In this document: positions 50,054 to 58,878 of the stretch, piece by piece
Numbering within the stretch: position 1 is the stretch's first letter
Layout: each line of letters begins with the position of its first letter
Assembly (NCBI GenBank): GCA_046055745.1
Contig: JASFZG010000016.1
Coordinates: 2,423 to 66,422 of the forward strand
Reading direction: 5' to 3'
Source: Flavobacteriaceae bacterium
GTDB lineage: Bacteria; Bacteroidota; Bacteroidia; Flavobacteriales; Flavobacteriaceae
Length of the DNA: 64,000 nt
Position numbers and translations under genes: made by a program
Notes under the pieces: generated by a model
What the model saw: only the letters and a program-made list of their open reading frames with translations
Told to the model about the DNA's origin: nothing
Databases searched by the model: none

Positions 50054-50500
50054 ATGAAAAACACAATTATTGTTGATATAGATGGAACTATATCAAAAGT
50101 AGGAAATAGACTAAAGTTCCTTTTGGAATCTCCTAAAGATTGGGATTCTTTTTATAATGCTTGTTTTGAAGACCAACCGATACGAGAAATTATAGACTTT
50201 TTAGCTCTATTAGAAGACCATTACATTATTGTTTTTTGCACCGGAAGACGAGAAAGTGTTAGAGAGATAACTACAAAATGGATTTATAAACATCTTGGCA
50301 TTTCAACATACAAGAATAATTTACTAATGCGTCCTAACAACGATTATAGACACGACACAATCGTTAAGCCTGAACAATTAGAAAAAGCAGGAATTGAACT
50401 TAAAAACATAGCTTTTGTTTTAGAAGACAGAAACTCTATGGTCAAAAAATGGAGAGATTTAGGATTAACTTGTCTGCAAGTTGCTGACGGAGATTTTTAA
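50054..50500 (+). CDS. HAD phosphatase, T4 PNK 3'-phosphatase-like
   Basis: DIDGT, CTGR, LLMRP.ND.R.D..VK, EDR...V..WR..GL.CLQV..GDF. Confidence 0.85.
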   Translation: MKNTIIVDIDGTISKVGNRLKFLLESPKDWDSFYNACFEDQPIREIIDFLALLEDHYIIVFCTGRRESVREITTKWIYKHLGISTYKNNLLMRPNNDYRHDTIVKPEQLEKAGIELKNIAFVLEDRNSMVKKWRDLGLTCLQVADGDF

Positions 50501-50509
50501 AAATAAAAT

Positions 50510-50986
50510 ATGAAGTTAGAAGTAAAAGTAAAAAACGTAGTTGCTAATCTTGAATTAGAAGCAGAAGGAAAACCAACCGTTGAGGTAATAGCAATTATAA
50601 CCGAAATGATTGATAAGCTTGTTATAGCTAGTAATGGAGTTAGTGAAAAAACTATAGATGTTGAAGAATCTTGGAATCCTAATTGGGAGGAAATCAAAAA
50701 ATCACTTGAACAAGAGGTTTTTGTGAAAATACCTACATCAAGAATTGAATATATAGATAAAGACGGCAACAAAACATATTCTAAGGAATTACCTTCAAAA
50801 ACTTTAGAAGATAGAGTATATGATGATTGTGTGAAAATGATTAATAAAATAGGTAGAAGGTTTTTAAGTTACAGAGAACTTAAAGGAGAATTTAAAATAC
50901 CCTTAGTAGATGAAGACGGAAAAATATTCGCAGAAACTTCTTTGGATCAAATAAGATTTTGGATTAACAGAGAAAACAGTAAATAA
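50510..50986 (+). CDS. hypothetical protein
   Basis: ORF in operon. Confidence 0.55.
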   Translation: MKLEVKVKNVVANLELEAEGKPTVEVIAIITEMIDKLVIASNGVSEKTIDVEESWNPNWEEIKKSLEQEVFVKIPTSRIEYIDKDGNKTYSKELPSKTLEDRVYDDCVKMINKIGRRFLSYRELKGEFKIPLVDEDGKIFAETSLDQIRFWINRENSK

Positions 50987-51176
50987 TTTTATTGTATATT
51001 TGACTTTTACACTCCATAAATAAGACCGATATGAAAAAAAATGACAAAAGTAAAAGTAACAAAGAAAAAAGGCAAACCAGTTAAGGTTAGAAAAACTACT
51101 ATTAAGAAAAAGAAATAGTAAAAAATTTAGATTGAGATTTTATAATTTAAGTTCGTTTATTATTTAGTTGATAAGG

Positions 51177-51212
51177 AAAAACCAACATTACTCAATCGTG
51201 TTGGTTTTTTTT
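51177..51212. terminator. bidirectional terminator ending the tRNA operon and the convergent + strand operon
   Basis: AAAAACCAACA/TGTTGGTTTTTTTT. Confidence 0.75.
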
Positions 51213-51238
51213 GTGCCATTTTTACAACCTAATAATTG

Positions 51239-51321
51239 CAGAAAGAATCGTACTCGAAACGAAATGTTTAACCATCACACGACTTAGCAGGTCGGTCTTG
51301 CACCTCACAAGTTTACTTTCT
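51239..51321 (-). tRNA. tRNA-Ser(GCT)
   Basis: Anticodon arm CCGAC-CTGCTAA-GTCGT, long variable arm, G73; some stem mismatches. Confidence 0.75.
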
Positions 51322-51326
51322 TTTTG

Positions 51327-51398
51327 AGGCTAGTAAGGCAATCGAACCCATATAGTAATGATTTGCAATCACACACTTTACCAATCAGACAACTAGCC
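51327..51398 (-). tRNA. tRNA-Cys(GCA), divergent
   Basis: Acceptor GGCTAGT/ACTAGCC, U73, loop TTGCAAA; mismatched T and anticodon stems. Confidence 0.6.
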
Positions 51399-51403
51399 AT
51401 TAG

Positions 51404-51484
51404 AGGAAGATAGAGTAATCGAAACCCCAAGTGTTACCTTGACCAAGGGTTCAAGCCTTGTTTGCCACCTTAGCATTACCTTCC
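51404..51484 (-). tRNA. tRNA-Ser(TGA)
   Basis: CAAGG-CTTGAAC-CCTTG, long variable arm; atypical U73. Confidence 0.7.
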
Positions 51485-51488
51485 TTTG

Positions 51489-51561
51489 TGGAAATAGTTG
51501 GACTCGAACCAACGGCCATCAGATTTTCAGTCTGACACTCTACCAACTGAGTTATATTTCC
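51489..51561 (-). tRNA. tRNA-Phe(GAA)
   Basis: Canonical cloverleaf; TCAGA-CTGAAAA-TCTGA. Confidence 0.95.
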
Positions 51562-51566
51562 ATTTG

Positions 51567-51637
51567 CACGAGTGGAGAGATTTGAACTCTCACGATACAG
51601 TTTTGGAGACCGACCGACACAACCTACGCTCACAAGT
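51567..51637 (-). tRNA. tRNA-Trp(CCA), divergent
   Basis: Loop CTCCAAA, T-arm GAGAG-TTCAAAT-CTCTC, G73; two acceptor mismatches. Confidence 0.65.
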
Positions 51638-51644
51638 ATTTTAG

Positions 51645-51727
51645 TGGGAGTAATTGGAATCGAACCAATACCTCTCGGACTACAGGTTTACAATCTGCTC
51701 TAACAAACCAATAGTTAGCTTACTCCC
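51645..51727 (-). tRNA. tRNA-Tyr(GTA)
   Basis: Acceptor GGGAGTA/TACTCCC, loop TTGTAAA, variable arm, T-arm ATTGG-TTCGATT-CCAAT. Confidence 0.85.
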
Positions 51728-51729
51728 AT

Positions 51730-51859
51730 AAAAAAAGCCCTACTAAATATAGTAAGGCTCAAAATCTTTATATTGTTTTTTTATATAGCCCTACTACCCC
51801 GTACTAAACGAGCAAAGTAACCAACTATATAAAAAAGTATTAATCATAAGGCAAATATA
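51730..51859 (-). promoter_or_regulatory. promoter plus leader-peptide transcription attenuator of the tRNA operon
   Basis: TATATTTG 51859-51852; mutually exclusive 1:2, 2:3 and 3:4 helices; the 3:4 helix is followed by a U-tract. Confidence 0.8.
51794..51847 (-). CDS. attenuator leader peptide MINTFLYSWLLCSFSTG
   Basis: ATG 4 nt after the promoter motif; TAG TAG stop; codons match all downstream tRNAs. Confidence 0.75.
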   Translation of the reverse strand: MINTFLYSWLLCSFSTG

Positions 51860-52077
51860 CATATTATTTTTATAATTCCTATTATCTCTGTTTATTAAAG
51901 AAAACCCCAATAGCTTATGAAACTAACATCAACCTCACATCGAAAACAGTATCACTATCGGGGAATTTCAATTCACTAACTCTGTTTATTTATCTGTTTT
52001 ATTCTTTTTATCTGCTTTTTAACTTTCCTTTGTTTATAGGTTATCCGGCTGAGGTACACACCACGTAAACAAACTTT

Positions 52078-52317
52078 TTATTTGTTAATTATCGATAGAA
52101 CACATTTCTCGAAATCTTCAACTGTTTCGGAGGTATCGAAAATAGTATCGCTGATACTAATATCAAAATGCTCTTCAATTTCAATTATTAATACAACCAA
52201 ATCTAAACTATTAAGACCTAAGTCCTCTAAGTTAGACGAAGACTTTACTTCTGATACACTTACTCCTAAATGTTTTGCGGTAATACTGATAATTACCTCT
52301 AGTACTGATTTGCCCAT
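52078..52317 (-). CDS. acyl carrier protein homologue
   Basis: HLGV...DLGLNSLDLV.LIIEIEEHFDISISD...TVED. Confidence 0.85.
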   Translation of the reverse strand: MGKSVLEVIISITAKHLGVSVSEVKSSSNLEDLGLNSLDLVVLIIEIEEHFDISISDTIFDTSETVEDFEKCVLSIINK

Positions 52318-52378
52318 TATAATTTGTGGTCTATTAAGTTATTAATTGAATAATTATATATATGCTTTAAAGTACTCT

Positions 52379-52680
52379 GTGAACTACCCACCCACGGCAG
52401 AGCCGATGGGTTGGGCTTCGGAGGTCACAGACTCACCTAATGGCAACGCCTTACTCCGTTTTTGTTTTTTATCCGACTGTATTCCACAACCAGATATTAT
52501 ATTTAATCCTTGTTTAAGTATGTTTTTACTTGCATTCAAATCTCTATCGTGAGCCTCATTGCAACTATCACAAGTCCAGATACAATTCGTCAATATATTT
52601 TAAGTCAAGGTTAATTACTACATTTGTCGCTTACATCCCACCAACGCTAAAGCGATTAGTGGGTTTTACGCTCTATCTCT
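52379..52680 (-). mobile_element. internally deleted, non-autonomous IS200/IS605 element with a tnpB 3' remnant
   Basis: TTTAT before the left end, subterminal hairpins at both ends, right end TTCAC; remnant WTCDSC..HDRDLNASKNI. Confidence 0.85.
52384..52593 (-). pseudogene. tnpB: tnpB C-terminal fragment
   Basis: Only half a Zn ribbon and the RuvC-III motif DRDLNA remain. Confidence 0.8.
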
Positions 52681-52835
52681 ATAAAAGACCGGCCGAATAC
52701 CACAACCTCAAACCAAGCATACAGGAGAATAATTAACCATTAAAAAAAACTCCCGTATATAGCTCAGTTCATTAAAATAACAACAGTCCAAATGTAACAT
52801 AAAAAATTAATACATAAAAATATATTATTACTATC

Positions 52836-53306
52836 CTATTTCCCTTTACAATTATTACTATTCAACATATTACCGTCATAGTCAAACTCCTTATTTTTAA
52901 CCTTACCTTTTATAATATAATGCTCATTCAGAACATACCACTTAGAAAAACCATCAATAGGCTCAATCAATCCCAACTTTATAAACTTAGACCTAGCATT
53001 ATAAAAAACAGTCTTATTACTACGAACAGCCTTAAACCTACTATAAACAAACTCACAACAAAAACCATCAATATAATCATTGCTAAATTTAATATCATTC
53101 AATAAAGCCAAAAATAAACTCTGCTCAGACCTATTCAACTCAAATATCTTAGACAATCCAACAGTATTCATAACAATACTACCCCTACCATAACTAACTA
53201 AATAATTCTTCTTATTATTCTCAGGATTTGGCATAGTAAATGAAAGCACACGCTTTTGCATATACTCCAATAACCTATCTCTAACTTTTAAAGAATACCA
53301 ACTCAT
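52836..53306 (-). CDS. putative winged-helix DNA-binding (RepL-like) protein
   Basis: LNRSEQSLF..L...KTVFYNARSKFIKLGLI......WYVLN. Confidence 0.5.
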   Translation of the reverse strand: MSWYSLKVRDRLLEYMQKRVLSFTMPNPENNKKNYLVSYGRGSIVMNTVGLSKIFELNRSEQSLFLALLNDIKFSNDYIDGFCCEFVYSRFKAVRSNKTVFYNARSKFIKLGLIEPIDGFSKWYVLNEHYIIKGKVKNKEFDYDGNMLNSNNCKGK

Positions 53307-53424
53307 AAAAAAAGACCCCTAAATGAAAAAAGCAACGCATCTACTCGCTACTTAATCCAAAAAGAGGTCTAATTATAATTTCTTCTATTGCTTTTAAGTA
53401 GATGACAACAACTTTACAAAGATA
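53307..53424 (-). promoter_or_regulatory. promoter plus pseudoknot/terminator leader
   Basis: TATCTTTG; CATCTACT pairs with loop AGTAGATG; AGACCTCT/AGGGGTCT stem, T-tract, then ATG. Confidence 0.65.
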
Positions 53425-53430
53425 CACAAA

Positions 53431-53502
53431 TCCATTCAAAAAATGGTTACTAAATCCTATACCATTTTTTGAATGAAACCCATTCTATTCAAAAAATGGT
53501 TA
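53431..53502. repeat. three copies (two direct, one inverted) of ATTCAAAAAATGGT
   Basis: Read directly upstream of the 53424 promoter. Confidence 0.7.
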
Positions 53503-54643
53503 CACTACAGTAGTACTTTTTAAACTACACAAATCATACATTAACACAACAACACAAAGACTTAACAAGATTATGTTAAAAAAGTTAGTATAAAGAACAA
53601 CATACTATAACATTACTCAAATTCAATAATATTACTCAAAGCCAAATAAGACGTTCTAAGAGCTTTTAATGCACAATAACTTATACTCATACCATATTAA
53701 CGCTAAACGTACAGAAAGTATAGTGAAAATTTTTTTTAGAGCATAATTTACATACACTTGTATTCTATGGCTTAGTAGTGGGGAATATAGAAATATTTCA
53801 GAATGGTCAAGTGAAATTTTGAAACCCACACCCCTTGTTATTTTCTGATGTTGACCAAAACTTTTTAGGTTTTACTATTTTTTGTGTGTGTTGTTTGGAT
53901 TACTACTATTACTTATTATATCCTTGTTATGCTTGAAGTAAACTATACTATTCCCTTGCCTTGTGGTATCAACTCGATTCTAATTGAGTTGATACCACTT
54001 ATTAACCAACTATTGAAGCTTATTACATTAATTACCGTACAATTATATTTATTTTGTACACTAATTAAATTCTAAGCATACTTTAAAACCTTGTCAAGTC
54101 CCTTGTGTGCTACTATTATAAACATTTATACACTTGTATATTTTGTGGTTAAGAACTCTTTAAAAGTTATTTAAAACTGTTTTTATTACGTATTATTCTT
54201 TTGTTGTTTTTTTCTGTGTGTTATTATTTCTTTGAGTAAAGGTATTATTTTGAGTAACGTCTATATTTTATTTGTTTGAGAATATTTATTTTATTTTATA
54301 TTTTGGTTATCGGCGTTTTTTTATTGAGTCCTTTAATTTGTTGGAGTTGTGAAGGGTTTACAGGTTTAAAAGTTTATTGCTTTATTGTTTTGCTGGAATC
54401 TATTTTTATGCTGTTTATCGGGTTTTTTATTTATGATTGGCTTATTAGCGTCTTTTTGCTCTTTATTAACTACTAATTAATAAAATACTTTATATCTTTT
54501 ATTGTGTTGTGCTGTTAGTCCTTTATTGGCAGGGGTTAACGTGGTTTTAAGATTATATATTTTTATTGCTATTTATATTTTTATTTCAATATGTTTTATT
54601 ATATTGCAGTATCAATAGTTTATTAATCTAAAATAACAACAAA

Positions 54644-57600
54644 ATGAAAACTTTAAACTACACACAAAAAAGACGCTTTTTAATTACTTTAATAGTATTA
54701 GCTTTTTGCCTTCTTGGATCAATGGGAGCAAAAGCACAAAGCGCGCCGACTTATAAAATAGTAGGCAATGAGATTGTAAAGATTGAAACCGCAAAGAAAA
54801 CGACCAAACCAGTAGCGACTACCTACATTTATAAAGGTAAAACAGTTTACAGAGGATCAAAGGGCGGATTATTCGTTTTTATGGTGAGTAAAAAAAGCGG
54901 AAAGACTTATAAAAAATATTTAAAAATCAATTAAATGAAAACTTTTACAACTATTTCGGGCAGAAAAATAAAAGTTTCTGCAAACCAAAGTAAACGGACT
55001 TTTACAATTAAGACGGAAAGCGGAAAATTTAGAACCTTTCCAATGAATAAAGAGGAATTTAACATAGAGAAACAAAACACGGGTAACGATTGGCAGCAGT
55101 TTTTAAAATCTGATGATTATTATAAAATTAATTAATTCCCTCACTAATTAACAGCCCGTTAAAAAGCGATTATCCGAGCAAAACGGAAACGGGCTACAAA
55201 ACAATAAATTTAAAATTTTTATAAGATGGAAAAAAAAGAAGCAAATAAAAAAGTAAATAAATTATTTAATAAATGGTTAAAAGAATTTAGAGATTATTCA
55301 GAAGAACCAACAAAAGAGTATTACAATAATTTAGATAATTTCACAAAGGAATGTAAAAAGCTACATAATACAGGAGGTTTATATACTTCTTTAACTGATA
55401 AAAGCGCATTAAAAATGGCTTCAATATGTAGTTCTGTTCGATTTGTTGAACCTTACAGAATGTTAATGAAATTACAACACACAACAAAAACATATTAATT
55501 CCCTAATTCCCTGCAAACTTTTAAGAGTTTACGCGCCGAAGCAATGCAGGGAGCAAACAAATAAAACAACAATTTAAAACTTTTTAAAATGAAAACTACA
55601 AACATTTTATTTGTAACGCTGCAAATACTTTTATTTCTGTTTTTATGGGGAATATATCAAGGAGTTGAAAAAGTAGGTATTAAACCGATTTTTATTATTG
55701 AAATCTTAACCCTTGCAAATGTGATTCTTTGGATCATAGCAGAAAAAAGGGAACTAAAAAAAACGGATAACAAAAACAACTATAAAACCCCGAAGCAATG
55801 ACAAAGACAGAATTAAAAGCAATTTATATAATTATTTTACTAATGGTATTAATCGGAATTTATACCGCCTAAAAACAGCAACATGAAAACAACAATAACA
55901 ACATTAAGACAGCAAGCCGCAAGAGTTAACAAGCTATTAAAAAAAGATGTTTTCGAGATAGGAGAAAGAAACGGTTTTAAATATTTCGATTTTATCGACG
56001 GAAGCAAAAGCGCACTTTTTAACAGCGCATTAAGTAATAAAAATTTGCGCGAAAATATAAGCGCATTTTATGAAGGATTGATCTTCCTACAAGATGAAGA
56101 GACAGAGCAAAAAAGCGAGCAAATCGGCAAAAAAATAGTTTCATTATTTAACCTGAAACCGACAGCCGACACCCGAAAAGAAGAAATACAAAAATTTGAT
56201 ACTAATGGAGGAGAAAAAACATTTTTAGGCATAGGACGAACCGTTGAAAGAATAGTAAAAGAAACAATCTAAAAATAAAACACCATGAAAAATAACACTA
56301 TTGAACAAATACAAAACCAGTTAAACGATATTAACTACTTATTGAACCGCAGCATAAAAACGCTAATAATTGACGTAAGGAGCGCAGGCATTAAGATACG
56401 ACGATTAAAAGACAACCGACAATTTTTCACAGAAGCCAAAACGAAAAGAGAAATTTATCTTTGTCTTCAAGCATTTAAAGAAGGTTTATTTTTAAATATA
56501 GACCAATAAAAACACCTAAAAACAAACGCCATGAATATAGTATCAACATTTAAAAATAGCAAATTTAAAAATTTAGATAAAAACGAGTTTTTACAGTTAG
56601 TTAATTTCTACATTGAAGAAAATAAATATAATTGTACGCCCGAATATACACCCTTTGAAGAATACTATAATTTATTAAGTATGTCAGGAGATTATAAAAG
56701 GGCAGATATTGAAAGTTATTTTATTAATAATTTTTACCCGTTGAACGTTTTAAAATCATTTTATAAAATGTGGAGATAATCCGCCCGAAAAAGCAACCAA
56801 CAAACCACCAAATAAAAGCCACGAATAATGACAACAACAGCAACAGAAATCAAAAAGGAAATTTTAATCGTTATCGAAAATGATTATAATGGAGACACCG
56901 CAGAACGAGAAAGAACCGAAGATATAAATTTAATAGTTAATGACATCGATGTTTTTTGCGAAATTCAAAATACCTCTTTTATTAATATCGTAGAGCAGGA
57001 AAAAAACTACGCAGGAGAAAAGGAAGACTATAAAAATAGTATTCAAATTGAAGCTAAAGGATCTAGTCAAAGCGATTGGCAAACATACATACTTTATTAC
57101 AATGAAAAAGAGCTAAAAACGCCACAACAAAGAATATATTTTAGTGATTTAGTGAAACATTTAGAACGCTCATTTACTCACAATAATAATTACTTTGCCT
57201 CTTCATATGAAGTTGTAGAAATCGACGGCAAAATATTTAAAAGCGAAGCCGAAGACGGGAGTTGTTTTTCAATATCTCATGACGAGTTTCCCGATGAAGA
57301 AGAAGTAAAAAAAACATATTTGGAAATTTACGGGAGTAAGTTTGATAAAATAGAGATTAATATAAACTAATAATTTGTTGTTGTTAAGGGGTAAGGAGTT
57401 GTTACCGAAGCCCCGACAACACAAAACAAAAACATAAAGTTATGAATATAGAAGTAACAAACACAACGTTTTATAAAATTTTTGATAGTAATGATTTTGT
57501 AAATACTGAACACTTAGAAGGTGCAGAAAAACATCATTACTATAATGATGAAAACGAGCAAAGAGGAATTATAATATATAATTTCACAAGTATTAAAACT

Positions 57601-58676
57601 ATAATACAATACTATTTAACAGACATTAACGCATAAAAATTTTACTATGAAAACTTTAAACATAAATACTCAAGGAGTAAAAGGAGGACAAACGAAATCT
57701 TTTAACATAGGTTATTTACTAGCTACTTTTGAAAATCAAAGAATTTCAATAGATAATTTTGAAGGAACAGGAAACAGCTACAAACCAAGAAAAGAGCCGT
57801 TAATACAAATAATTGAAGACGGTAAAAATTTATTTGAAGGAACTTTTGAAGAACTGAAAAATAAACTAAAATAAGCAGGATATGGAATATTTAACTAATT
57901 GCATTGCTTCTACAGTCGAATTATTAGAACCAATGATTGAACAAGCCCAAGAGATAGAATATGACGAATTATTAAGCCACGTAAGCCAAGAAGAATTAAA
58001 CAACGTGTTTCCTTTTTACATAGGTATAGAGGATGTTTTAACCCTCGAAAACGATTACGCAGTAAGCTATTATAAAAGTTTTTTCGATGGTCAAAAATGC
58101 GTGTACGTAGAACATTCGGCAATAGAATATATTTTTATTAATAAATAAACAAATAAAGTTATGCAAAAATATTTTAAAATTTCAGGATATTGGAACGATG
58201 ATAAAAGTCAATTTGAAAACTACATTGTAACCGATTTTCATTCACACCAACACGAAGAAATAGAAGAGGAAGACGTGTTTTATTTTGGAATCACAGAAAA
58301 AGAAATAAAAACGGCTATTGAAAACAAAGAAATCATTAGTGATTTTATTATTACTAGCTACCAAGAAGTGAAATCACTAAATAAAGAGCAGGAAAAAGAC
58401 CGAATAAAAAACAACTATTGGAAATGGACGGAAGAAGATTTTAAAACCTTTGAAGAAGACGGAGAATTGGATCACGGCAAATGGTTTTTTTATAAAGCAA
58501 AGGACGGAAAATTTGAAGCCGTAATGAGTGGGCTTTATATGCACATTTTTGACACATACAAAGACCTGCAAATGCGAACAAACGAAACAGACTTTTTTGA
58601 ATTTTGCCAAGAAACCACCGAACAACATGGCGAAACAAAGGGAGTGAATGACAAGGGAGAAATAAGAGAATTTTAA
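54644..58676 (+). other. array of about 13 short, co-oriented early hypothetical genes (54644, 54935, 55226, 55589, 55883, 56285, 56531, 56828, 57442, 57647, 57882, 58161)
   Basis: Short ORFs with A-rich starts, many beginning MKT; promoter-like TATATTGC near 54600; follows a long non-coding region. Confidence 0.65.
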
Positions 58677-58878
58677 AATAAACCTATATGATAACTTTAA
58701 AATTAAACACCTCAGCAGAGGTAAACAAAGAGCAATACGGGATTATAGCAGCAAGGTACTCTTCACTAATTTCATACAGGAGAGAAAACGAAAAGTTTTT
58801 TATTAAGCCACTCATTTTTTTGGGGTATAAAAAGCAAATTGAACAACAGTTAAACCAAGAAAATTAAGCCACGAAATT

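Noticed and set aside
51451-51633. 60-aa ORF
   Set aside because: Lies over tRNA genes.
52384-52593. Functional TnpB/Cas12-like nuclease
   Set aside because: Only the last 65 or so residues remain; RuvC-I/II, WED and REC regions are absent.
53884-54476. Hydrophobic ORFs 53884-54075 and 54276-54476
   Set aside because: Probably by-products of the T-rich skew; poor start contexts.
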